Source: an archaeon
GTDB lineage: Archaea; B1Sed10-29; WALL01
Direction: 5' to 3'
NCBI GenBank assembly: GCA_042584585.1
Contig: JBHOSQ010000001.1
Location: forward strand, 3,508-67,507
Length of the DNA stretch: 64,000 bases
Part shown: positions 52,792 to 61,163 of the stretch, in pieces
How the letters are laid out: the number at the start of each line of letters is the position of its first letter
Position numbering within the stretch: the first letter of the stretch is position 1
Notes under the pieces: model-generated
Told to the model about the DNA's origin: nothing
What the model saw: only the letters and a program-made list of their open reading frames with translations
Database searches by the model: none
Translations under genes and position numbers: made by a program

Positions 52792-54014
52792 AGGTATGGA
52801 GCAAGAACGGCGAAGACGTTTCGAAGAGTATTGAAGAGTTCACGGCGGGAAAGGACGTCGAGCTCGACAAGCAGCTCTTGAAGTACGACGTAGCGGCAAG
52901 CATTGCGCACGCCAAGATGCTTCACAAGATTGGCGTGGTCAGCGAAGAGGAGTTAAATGAATTGCTGGCGGCGCTGGAAAAGGCGAAGTCGATGGAGTTG
53001 GACCCGGCGCTCGAGGACGTGCACGCAAACGTCGAGGCGTTCGTCACGAAAGAAACCCCAGCGGGGAAAAAGCTGCACACCGCGCGCTCGCGGAACGATT
53101 TGGTTGCTACTGACATGCTGTTGTACAGCAAGGAAAAATTAGTGGAAACAGTGAAGGTCTTGAAGGAGTTGGCGGGGGAACTGCAAGCCCTCCCGCCTCT
53201 CCCCGTGCCCGGATTCACGCACATGCAGAAGGCCATGCCGACGACGCTGGAGCACTGGGGGTGCAGCCACGCGGAGTCCTTGGTGAACGACTGCGAGTAC
53301 ATTGATGCGACGATTAAAGTTATTGACAAGTGCCCGCTCGGCGCGTGCGCGGGTTTTGGGTCCGTGTTTCCTGTGGACCGTGAGATGCTCGCGGAAGAGC
53401 TCGGGTTTTCGGGCGTGCACTGGAACACCCTTAGTGCTGTTAATTCGCGCGGCAAGAATTCCTCCTTTGCTTTGAACGCGCTGGCGGCGGTAGGCCTTGA
53501 CTTAAGTAAGTTGGCTCAGGACCTACTGCTGCTTTATTTATTGGACATGGTGTCGTTCGACGACAGCGTGTGCACTGGTAGCAGCGTGATGCCGCAAAAA
53601 AAGAATTGTGACGCGCTTGAATTGGTGAAGGCGAAGGCCAGCGTGGTCATGGGGCTGCAGGCCGCGATGCTCGGGGTTTGCGTTGGGCTGCCGTCGGGAT
53701 ACAACCGTGACGAGCAAGAAACCAAAAAGCTGTTGATGCAGGCGTTCGGCGAAATCATTCCCGCCGTGAAAGCGGTGTCGGAGGTTGTGGCGGCCATGGA
53801 GCCACACCCCGACAAGATGCTTGCCGGGTGCAGCGAAGAAGTTCTTGCTACTGACAAGGCCGCGCTCGAGGCGTTGAAGGGAACGCCGTGGCGTGACGCG
53901 TACAAAAGCAACGCGGGCAGCATTTCTGTGGAGGACAGCATTGGAATGAAAAAAGTGCAGGGCTTCCCGGGAAACCCCTCGAAACCATTAAAAAAGACGG
54001 AAACGAAGTCTTAG
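52788..54014 (+). CDS. argH: Argininosuccinate lyase (short, ~408 aa)
   Basis: Signature GSSVMPQKKNCDALE, TARSRNDLVATD and DVAASIAHAKML. The track N-terminal extension lies inside argG. GTG 52788 overlaps the argG stop (GTGA). Confidence 0.9.
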   Translation: MKVWSKNGEDVSKSIEEFTAGKDVELDKQLLKYDVAASIAHAKMLHKIGVVSEEELNELLAALEKAKSMELDPALEDVHANVEAFVTKETPAGKKLHTARSRNDLVATDMLLYSKEKLVETVKVLKELAGELQALPPLPVPGFTHMQKAMPTTLEHWGCSHAESLVNDCEYIDATIKVIDKCPLGACAGFGSVFPVDREMLAEELGFSGVHWNTLSAVNSRGKNSSFALNALAAVGLDLSKLAQDLLLLYLLDMVSFDDSVCTGSSVMPQKKNCDALELVKAKASVVMGLQAAMLGVCVGLPSGYNRDEQETKKLLMQAFGEIIPAVKAVSEVVAAMEPHPDKMLAGCSEEVLATDKAALEALKGTPWRDAYKSNAGSISVEDSIGMKKVQGFPGNPSKPLKKTETKS

Positions 54015-54017
54015 GGT

Positions 54018-55658
54018 ATGCTTGAGCTCAAGCGCGAGGCGGCAAAGGTTTTGTCGGAAGCGACCGGGAAAACAGTGACTGTGGAGAGCCTCAGCCCTGC
54101 GCCGAAGCCAGAGATGGGCTTTTTCTCCAGCCGCGTGGCTTTTGAGTTGGGTGGAAACCCGGCGGAAAAGGCGAAGGAAGTCGCCGCGAAAATCAAGAGC
54201 CCGCTGTTCACGGCAAAGGCGATTGGGCCGTACGTCAATTTTTTTCCTTCTGAAGATTACTCAAAGCAATTAGCCGAAAAGATTCTTGCCGAACGGGATG
54301 CTTACGGCAAGGGCGAAAAGAAAAAAGAAAAAGTAATGGTCGAGTACTCGCAGCCGAACACGCACAAGGCTTTTCACATTGGGCATATCCGCGGGACGAG
54401 TTTGGGGTATTCGCTTGCGGAGATTATGGAGCACGCCGGGTATGAGGTAGTAAAAGCAAACTACCAGGGAGACGTGGGCGCGCACATCGCGAAGTGCTTG
54501 TGGGCGATGCAAAAGTTCCACGCCGGCGAAGAGCCGCCGGCCGCGAAGGGCAAGTGGCTCGCCGAGATTTACCGCGAGGCGAACCAGAAACTAAAGGACA
54601 ATCCGGATTACGAGGAAGAGGTCAAGGCCGTCTTCCACAAAATGTTTTTCGACAAGGACCCGGAATTGACGAAATTGTGGCAGGAGACGCGGCAGTGGAG
54701 CCTGGACGAGTTTGAAGGGATTTACAAGGAAATGGGCGTTTCGTTTGACGTGAACTTCTTTGAGTCGCAGGTGGAGAACGAAGGCGTCAAAATCGTGAAC
54801 AAGATGCTTGCGGACGGCCTCGCCAAGAAAGACGATGGCGCGATTATCATTGACTTGGACAAGCTTGGGGTATTTTTGCTGTTGCGGAGCGACGGCACGC
54901 CGCTTTACTCGACGAAGGACATCGAGCTTGCGGCAAAGAAGTTCAAGGAGTACAAGGTCGACAAAAGCATTTACGTCACCGGCTCCGAGCAGAAGCATTA
55001 CTTCCAGCAGTTGTTCAAGGCGCTTGAGGTGATGGGGTTCGAGCAGGCAAAGAAGTGCGTGCACATCCCGTTCGAATTGGTCATGCTTCCCGAGGGAAAA
55101 ATGCAGACGCGGGAAGGAACAGTTATTTTTTACGAAGACTTCGCGAAGGAAGCGAAGGACCGGGCCTTGAAGGAAGTGCAGGCAAAGAACCCCGACTTGG
55201 AGGACAAGGAAGGCGTCGCGCGTGCGGTGGGGATTGGCGCCATTAAATATTCAATGTTAAAAGTATCGAACACGAAGACGATTGTGTTCGACTGGGAAAA
55301 GGCTTTGTCGTTCGAGGGAGAGACCGCGCCGTACATTCAGTACGCGAACGTGCGTTGCCACAGCATTTTGGAAAAGGCGGGGAAGAAAGGAAAAGCCGGC
55401 ACAGTAAATGCACCTGAGTTGATTTACGAATTGTCGCGGTTTGATGACGTTGTTGCGGAGGCCGCGAAGGAGTATTCCCCTCACGTTCTCGCGCTGTACG
55501 CTTATTCGTTGGCGGACGCGTTCAGCGGGTTTTACACGAAGCAGCAGGTAATCGGCAGCGACGACGAGGACGCATTATTGGCCCTCGTGGAAGCGGCGAG
55601 CGTTGTTTTGGAGAACACGCTGCGGCTTCTTGGCATCGAGGCGCCGAGAAGAATGTAA
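54018..55658 (+). CDS. argS: Arginyl-tRNA synthetase
   Basis: YSQPNTHKAFHIGHIRGT (HIGH), an N-terminal Arg-tRNA-binding-like domain, and a DALR-type C-terminus. Confidence 0.9.
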   Translation: MLELKREAAKVLSEATGKTVTVESLSPAPKPEMGFFSSRVAFELGGNPAEKAKEVAAKIKSPLFTAKAIGPYVNFFPSEDYSKQLAEKILAERDAYGKGEKKKEKVMVEYSQPNTHKAFHIGHIRGTSLGYSLAEIMEHAGYEVVKANYQGDVGAHIAKCLWAMQKFHAGEEPPAAKGKWLAEIYREANQKLKDNPDYEEEVKAVFHKMFFDKDPELTKLWQETRQWSLDEFEGIYKEMGVSFDVNFFESQVENEGVKIVNKMLADGLAKKDDGAIIIDLDKLGVFLLLRSDGTPLYSTKDIELAAKKFKEYKVDKSIYVTGSEQKHYFQQLFKALEVMGFEQAKKCVHIPFELVMLPEGKMQTREGTVIFYEDFAKEAKDRALKEVQAKNPDLEDKEGVARAVGIGAIKYSMLKVSNTKTIVFDWEKALSFEGETAPYIQYANVRCHSILEKAGKKGKAGTVNAPELIYELSRFDDVVAEAAKEYSPHVLALYAYSLADAFSGFYTKQQVIGSDDEDALLALVEAASVVLENTLRLLGIEAPRRM

Positions 55659-55660
55659 AG

Positions 55661-55723
55661 CAGCCCTTTTCCTGTTACAGGGGCACAAGGCCCCTGAACG
55701 GTGGAAAAGCGCTGGCGGAAAAA
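55661..55723. repeat. Stem-closed 3'-UTR repeat element, copy B
   Basis: CAGCCCTTTTCC-TGTTAC-(inner hairpin CAGGGGC..GCCCCTG)-GGAAAAGCGCTG-GCGGAAAA, 2 nt after the argS stop. Followed by CTTTTAAAG, the tRNA-Arg TATA box. Confidence 0.75.
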
Positions 55724-55757
55724 CCTTTTAAAGCGTGCAGTCAAAATAAGTGGTTAC

Positions 55758-55832
55758 GGGCTCGTAGCCTAGTCTGGATAAGGCACCGGCCTTCTAAGCC
55801 GGCGATCGAGGGTTCAAATCCCTCCGGGCCCG
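55758..55832 (+). tRNA. tRNA-Arg (anticodon TCT)
   Basis: Manual fold: acceptor GGGCTCG/CGGGCCC, D arm GCCT-AGTCTGGATA-AGGC, anticodon arm CCGGC-CTTCTAA-GCCGG, T arm GAGGG-TTCAAAT-CCCTC, discriminator G. Confidence 0.92.
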
Positions 55833-55852
55833 CTGAGTTTCTCCCTATTCTG

Positions 55853-55876
55853 GGGGGGCGTCGGTTGACGCCCCCC
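55853..55876. terminator. G-run hairpin (family member) after tRNA-Arg
   Basis: GGGGGGCGTC-GGTT-GACGCCCCCC, followed by TTTTTGTTTTT at 55886..55896. Confidence 0.55.
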
Positions 55877-55971
55877 AAATAGAATTTTTGTTTTTAAGGG
55901 GCTAGTTTTGCAAAAATGGCGTAACCTTTATAAATGAAAACCCCTTTTTAAAGCTCGGGTATGGTGGGATT

Positions 55972-56259
55972 ATGTCTCTTGGAAGTTTTGAGACACGCCT
56001 AGTGGCGTCAGCGAAGCTAACATCCATGGAAAAATATGGGTGGGCTTACAACGAAGACTTATTAGTCGTAAAGGGAATGCTGGGTGACGAAGTCGAAATA
56101 ATCGACGACGGAACCGGCATAATCAAAATACGCGATAGCCTCGCAGAGTATACAGTGCACATACGTGACTACCAAAAAAAGATTGAGTCCACCTCCATAC
56201 CCACTGCGCCGGAGCGCGAGGGCAAGTACATTTCGGTGTGGGACGTCGCGAACCACTAA
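55972..56259 (+). CDS. Small hypothetical protein
   Basis: 95-aa ORF. CCCTTTTTAAAGC box lies ~24 nt upstream. No domain recognised. Confidence 0.5.
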   Translation: MSLGSFETRLVASAKLTSMEKYGWAYNEDLLVVKGMLGDEVEIIDDGTGIIKIRDSLAEYTVHIRDYQKKIESTSIPTAPEREGKYISVWDVANH

Positions 56260-56270
56260 CCCTTGAGTGC

Positions 56271-57923
56271 CTAGTCCATGTCGTCTATTCTCTTTAGCTT
56301 GAGAGCGGGACGCAACTTCTTCCCAGCCAACAACTTTTCCAATTCTTTTTCAGTGGGTGGGCGAATCTCTTCCCGCAACTTACGCCCCAATCTCGAGGAA
56401 GTGTACAACCCCTTCTTTGCTTTCTTGAAGTAGCCCTTATTCGTGTGGTGTTCGACAAGAATACGCAGAGCCTTAAGAGGGGACATACCTGCTTTGTTTG
56501 CCACGTGCATGTACGGAAGCGGCTTCTCGTCCATGAAAGATAATAACAGCTCTGCCTCGTCCTGTGGCAGCCGGCGCGTCTGTAGTTCTTTCAGCTCTTC
56601 CGCAGCCTTGAGGTCTGCCTCCAACTTCTGGGCCAGTTCTTCCGCCAGTTTTTTCTCTGCCGCGAGCTTCTCCCTCGCAGCCGCTTTCTCTGTTTTAAGC
56701 TTCTCCACCTCAGCCTTCTTCGCAGCCCTAATTTGTTCCTTCTTCAACTTCTCTGCCGCTTTAAGCTTCTGCTTTTCAGCTTTCTCCGCAACCTTAAGCG
56801 CTTGCTTCGCCAACCTATCCCCCATCCTGATGGCCTTGGCCTTCCCTTTCACAGCCTTCGCCTCTGCCTTGAGGAGCAACTCTTCCAGCCTCGCTTCAGA
56901 CTTGGTTTTTTCCTTGACTCGGTTCTTGTTGTAGTCCACAGCAGCCTTGAATCGCTTTGCATACCTCTCGTCCATGCCCTCAATCACTCGCGTGACTACC
57001 TGGAGTGACTCACCAACCCGCCTACCCAAAAACGTGACGGGGATGCCATCTTTGCGAGTAACCAACTTCGAATCCCACCCCCCAACAGAAAGTTCGTTCG
57101 CCAAGACGCGCAAATAATCCTCGAGCCGATCTGCTTTGATTTGCCTCAGCTTCTTCTCGTGCAGTGCGTTGTTTTTCGCGATGACTTTTGCAAACTCTTT
57201 TTTGTAATCGTCGTCCGCCAAGTCAAACACGTCAGAAATGTTTCCCTTAGCCATGTCAAACTCTTCGGAAAGAGGTTGGAGTGGGAAACCATCCTCGCGC
57301 GGAGTCGTGCCCGGATTCCAACCCCCCTTACTGACTTCTTTCTTCAAGTGAACAAGGAACTTGTCCAGCTTCTCGCGAGTCTTGGGCGTAAGCTCCCGAG
57401 CAAGACCCTTTATCTTCTTTAGTTCCCCAGGAGTCGGCAAAACCGCTTGGCGCTTAAGGCCGTGCGCAGTCACGTAATACAGCTTCCCCGTTTTCCTGAC
57501 GACCGACTTCTTGGAAATCTTTATGTGGCGAATAACCGTAGAGCTGGCAGTGGCGTACCCCCGCTTGGAAAAATAGTTGCCCGCTTCCGTGAGGAGGTCC
57601 TGCAAATTGTAGCCCTTGCCTTTTTCCATGAACGGCAGGATTTCTTCCGCAGGGCCGCGGGGATACTCCTTGTCACCAAGCTGAGTGTGAATATCGAGAT
57701 TGCGCTTGCCTTTTGGCGTAAACGTGTGCACGCCTTTCTCGACGACCAAGTCACCGTTCACCTTCATGTTGTCAATGGCGATATCAATCTTTTTGGCGGC
57801 CTCGGCGTCACGCTCAGCCACCCACGCCTTAATCTCTTTTCGCTTGAAAGCCGGAGAAATCTTTCCGTACTCGTACACCAGCCGCCGTGGACTGTGCTTG
57901 CCAACCGTTTTTTCGCCTTTCAT
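56271..57923 (-). CDS. K/E-rich hypothetical protein with winged-helix-like modules (paralogous to parts of the 1060-aa neighbour)
   Basis: 550 aa. Its ATG overlaps the upstream stop (ATGA). The N-terminal block LVYEYGK...IKAWVAERDA...GVHTFTPKGKRNL...LGDKEYP...MEKGKGYNLQDLL...GKLYYVTAHG parallels KIYEFGR...IRWIKQRDA...SVYTFTEKGKRRIL...LGKKRVP...MAEGKGYSNRWLL...GRFYYLNERG in the 1060-aa protein. Two internal GGW...DG(F/I)P repeats. AEKxKK coiled-coil stretch. Confidence 0.7.
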   Translation of the reverse strand: MKGEKTVGKHSPRRLVYEYGKISPAFKRKEIKAWVAERDAEAAKKIDIAIDNMKVNGDLVVEKGVHTFTPKGKRNLDIHTQLGDKEYPRGPAEEILPFMEKGKGYNLQDLLTEAGNYFSKRGYATASSTVIRHIKISKKSVVRKTGKLYYVTAHGLKRQAVLPTPGELKKIKGLARELTPKTREKLDKFLVHLKKEVSKGGWNPGTTPREDGFPLQPLSEEFDMAKGNISDVFDLADDDYKKEFAKVIAKNNALHEKKLRQIKADRLEDYLRVLANELSVGGWDSKLVTRKDGIPVTFLGRRVGESLQVVTRVIEGMDERYAKRFKAAVDYNKNRVKEKTKSEARLEELLLKAEAKAVKGKAKAIRMGDRLAKQALKVAEKAEKQKLKAAEKLKKEQIRAAKKAEVEKLKTEKAAAREKLAAEKKLAEELAQKLEADLKAAEELKELQTRRLPQDEAELLLSFMDEKPLPYMHVANKAGMSPLKALRILVEHHTNKGYFKKAKKGLYTSSRLGRKLREEIRPPTEKELEKLLAGKKLRPALKLKRIDDMD

Positions 57924-60900
57924 TTCTTCGCCTTCTTTTTTGTTTCTTTCTTAATGGCTTCTTTTGCTAGTCTTACTGCGTCAGCTTCCCCACAGTGAGC
58001 CGTGGCTTTTATGAAGCCAGTCAGTGAGAGTACGGCTTTACTGGGGCTTTGCTTGAGGAAGTAACGGGCCTGAACGTCGATGTTGTACTGGACTCCGGGC
58101 GACAAGTCCTTCAGCGAAAGGAGTGGGAGGGCCTTCCCGAATTCCGCCCTGTCCGGCTTGTCCTCATCCGCAAAGTCGTCGCGAGGGGGTCTCTTCTTGT
58201 CTTCCTCTTCTTTCTGCCTCGCCTTCATCTCCGCCCAGAGGTCTTCTTCTGTAGGCCCTCCTTCTTCAACCGTGGCCTCGACCAACGGCTTTTCTATCAC
58301 AACCCCTCTTTCGGCAAGTTGGGCTTGCGCGTTAGCCACAACTTTGTCGGCGGCCGCTTTGTTGGAGCTAGTGTAAAACGTGTACAATTTGCGCCGCAGC
58401 TTGTTCAGCCCGGCAACAGTGGGATTCCCCCCAAGGAACTTCAAAGCCAATTCCTCAACTTCGGGCATCAGCAAAGCCCGGTTGTGCAGGATCAGCCGTT
58501 CATCAACGACAAACCGCATGTTTCCCTTCTTGAATCCAGCTCGGAGCCGCTCAAGGAGTTCTTCCTCGGAAGTGCTGATGAATTCCTTCCTCGATGCGGC
58601 GGGGCGCTCAACCGGCTCGCCCAAAATCTCTTTTATCTCCCACGGCGAGGCAACAGACTTCTGGCACTCAATGCCCCGCTCATTCAAGTAATAAAAACGC
58701 CCTTTCTTCTTGAACAAAGACGTGCGGCCCCCCGCATAGCCGCCAATCAAATTCAGGAATTTCGGGAAACCCTCCTCCTCGTTTTTGAATTTCTTGGCCT
58801 CTTCTGTATAGTGCTTGAGCAAGTTCTCCAAAAGCCATCGGTTTGAATAGCCCTTCCCCTCCGCCATCAACAACGCGACTTTTTCGGAGAAGGTCTCGGG
58901 AACCCGCTTCTTGCCGAGGCGCTCGTGAAGCAGTATCCTGCGCTTGCCTTTTTCAGTGAAGGTATACACGGAACCAACCTTGGACTTGGACAGCTCTCCT
59001 GTTTTTCCAACCATTGTCTGGAGGTTATGAGTGACCGTGCCGTCGCCGAAAGTCGCGTCACGCTGTTTTATCCACCGTATTAACTCAAACGGCCGGAAAG
59101 GCAGTTTGTGGGTGCGGCCGAACTCGTAAATCTTTTGCGGGGTAGGCCACAAGTTGAAATGGAGTGGCGCGCTGACGTCGGTGAGCCCCTTCATTAGTTT
59201 CGCTTCTTTATTGGCTTTTTTCGCTGCCGCGGCCTTCACCTTCTCCACCCGTTGTTTCTCCCGCTCTTCGTCACTCATCTGTTTTTCCAAGCGCTCCTGT
59301 TCCAGGGCCTTCTGTCTCTCCGCCCGGTCCTTCTGCCTCGCCAGCTCCTGTTCCGCCTTCTCCACTTCCTTCTCCGCTTTTTTCCTTGCCTGTATTTTTT
59401 CGTTCGCGTCCGCCGCCAGGTTAAAGCGGTCCCATTGCTCCGGCGACATAGTAGACAAGTAGTCCGTGAGCGTTTTGGTAGCCCTGCCCTTTTTCCTCGA
59501 CAAAAACGAAAGCGGAAGACGGTCGGCACGCGGCTTCGAGGCAATCTCCCATCCATCGCCACTCGCCGAGTCCTCTATGTAACCAAGCACATCCTCCACA
59601 AACTCTGCGATTTCCTTTTGCTTCGCCAGAAGCTTCTGCCGCTTCGCCTCTTGCTTGCGGAGGGCGGCTTGCTGCTTCTCAAACTCCCTCTGCGCCTCGA
59701 TCTCCTGGCGCTTCTTTTCTTTCTCGGCGAGCTTCCTCGCTTCTTCTGCCAGCTTATACTCCCGTTTTTGCCTGGCGCGCTCCTCCCTTTCTTTCCTGAG
59801 CCGCTCCGTTCTCTCCTGCTTTCTTTGCTGTTTACGCTTCTCCGCCATTAAGCGCCTGGTCTCGGCCCCCCTCCGCTTCTCTTCTTCGGCCGTCTTCTTG
59901 GCCAATTGGCGCTTAACATCGTCCGCTGCCTTTTTCCGCAGCTCTTCTTCCAGCAGCTCTTTCTCCCATTGCTTAATCCTTTTCTGGTTCTCCAGCCTAT
60001 GGCGCTCCCGCTGCTTGTCCCAATTGTCTTCTCCCGCCATCCACTCCTCCTCGCCAAACGGGGCTTCATCAAAAATTTCCAGGAGCTTAGATGACACGTA
60101 CGGACGCAACTGGTCCCTCTCCCTCATGGTCAGCCCGGAAACCCCTTTCTTGAACGACACGTTGTAATCCGCTTCGGTTGGGTCGAGGCGCGAAATAAGC
60201 TTAATCCGCACATAAGGGTTGAGCAGCGGCAGCACAGCAAGGCCACGCCGCAAACCCCCCAATGCTGCCATTTTTACAAAAGCCCCTGCGTCAAGATTGA
60301 ATTTATCGGCAATCGTCCTGTCGTCGCTGCTTACTTTCTCCCGCTTTTGGAGCAGCGGCCGGTCAAGCGGAAAATACCGGTAACGCTTGACAACCCCGGA
60401 CTCCGAGTCTTCCTCCAAGCCCCACTGCCTGCGGATTGTCTTGATGTCTTCCTGGAGGCCTTTGTCAAAGTCCTCGAAGCGGGAGTACTTCGGGTTGAAA
60501 AGTTGGTAAAGCGTGCGGTAGTTGATGCCCGTGTACTCTTCCGCGAGCTTCAGCAAGTAACGGTAGCTGACCCGCTGGGGAGAGTTGCCGAACACCCTGA
60601 GGTGCAAGTTGTGCAAGTCCTCGCCAATGTCCTCAGGGCCCTTGACGCGCTTAATCACGCGAACCGCGTTTTGAATGCTCCTGACCTCGTACTTGGCCGG
60701 CTTGGTCTTGATTAGCTTGTCCGAAAACCCACCCACGCGAAGCGTGTCATGAAGGCCCTTAAGGTCCGGAAGCGCCGCCTCAAGGGCATTTTTTTTCGAG
60801 CCAAAAACCCTGAGCGCGCTCCCCATCCCAAAATCATGGAAATGCTGTTGGGTAATTTCACTTACCTGCAGGCCCTTGTCCCGCACAAGCTTCCCCACAA

Positions 60901-61102
60901 GCATGCGCACCGCCGTCTTTCTCTGGTCGTCGTGCGTCCAGAAGCCGTCCGGAAGGTCCGCTACCTCCCGCTCAGTTTTCTCCCCGGCCTTCGTCTTGAG
61001 GTAGTCCTTAATCAGTGGCCGCAGCTCGTCTGGGTGGACCTTAGGGAACTTAAAGCCTTCGGGGCGGCCGCGCTTGGGCCCCTCAGTGGGTTCCTTAGGC
61101 AT
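57920..61102 (-). CDS. Giant (1060 aa) K/E/R-rich hypothetical protein with coiled-coil stretches and winged-helix-like modules
   Basis: Long uninterrupted ORF. Contains ~130 aa of charged heptad-like sequence (EKRKQQRKQERTERLRKEREERARQKREYKLAEEARKLAEKEKKRQEIEAQREFEKQQAALRKQEAKRQK). Shares modules with the 550-aa protein. No signal peptide, TM or P-loop seen. Leaderless ATG 61102 lies ~27 nt from TCTTTATATACC. Confidence 0.75.
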   Translation of the reverse strand: MPKEPTEGPKRGRPEGFKFPKVHPDELRPLIKDYLKTKAGEKTEREVADLPDGFWTHDDQRKTAVRMLVGKLVRDKGLQVSEITQQHFHDFGMGSALRVFGSKKNALEAALPDLKGLHDTLRVGGFSDKLIKTKPAKYEVRSIQNAVRVIKRVKGPEDIGEDLHNLHLRVFGNSPQRVSYRYLLKLAEEYTGINYRTLYQLFNPKYSRFEDFDKGLQEDIKTIRRQWGLEEDSESGVVKRYRYFPLDRPLLQKREKVSSDDRTIADKFNLDAGAFVKMAALGGLRRGLAVLPLLNPYVRIKLISRLDPTEADYNVSFKKGVSGLTMRERDQLRPYVSSKLLEIFDEAPFGEEEWMAGEDNWDKQRERHRLENQKRIKQWEKELLEEELRKKAADDVKRQLAKKTAEEEKRRGAETRRLMAEKRKQQRKQERTERLRKEREERARQKREYKLAEEARKLAEKEKKRQEIEAQREFEKQQAALRKQEAKRQKLLAKQKEIAEFVEDVLGYIEDSASGDGWEIASKPRADRLPLSFLSRKKGRATKTLTDYLSTMSPEQWDRFNLAADANEKIQARKKAEKEVEKAEQELARQKDRAERQKALEQERLEKQMSDEEREKQRVEKVKAAAAKKANKEAKLMKGLTDVSAPLHFNLWPTPQKIYEFGRTHKLPFRPFELIRWIKQRDATFGDGTVTHNLQTMVGKTGELSKSKVGSVYTFTEKGKRRILLHERLGKKRVPETFSEKVALLMAEGKGYSNRWLLENLLKHYTEEAKKFKNEEEGFPKFLNLIGGYAGGRTSLFKKKGRFYYLNERGIECQKSVASPWEIKEILGEPVERPAASRKEFISTSEEELLERLRAGFKKGNMRFVVDERLILHNRALLMPEVEELALKFLGGNPTVAGLNKLRRKLYTFYTSSNKAAADKVVANAQAQLAERGVVIEKPLVEATVEEGGPTEEDLWAEMKARQKEEEDKKRPPRDDFADEDKPDRAEFGKALPLLSLKDLSPGVQYNIDVQARYFLKQSPSKAVLSLTGFIKATAHCGEADAVRLAKEAIKKETKKKAKK

Positions 61103-61105
61103 TAA

Positions 61106-61163
61106 TTAGTTGTAATGTCTAGACGGTATATAAAGATTAGGGTTTTAGTTGTAATGTCTAGAC
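61106..61163. promoter_or_regulatory. Perfect 19-bp direct repeat bracketing the TATA box of the 1060-aa gene
   Basis: TTAGTTGTAATGTCTAGAC occurs at 61106..61124 and again at 61145..61163. Each copy contains the palindrome GTCTAGAC. GGTATATAAAG lies between them. The distal copy overlaps the stop codon of the 596-aa gene. Confidence 0.7.

Noticed and set aside
55758-56270. tRNA-Arg as the integration site of a mobile element comprising the 56-64 kb cluster.
   Set aside because: I saw no integrase or recombinase, no duplicated tRNA 3' segment downstream, and GC similar to the host. It is left as a hypothesis in the findings, not called as a mobile element.
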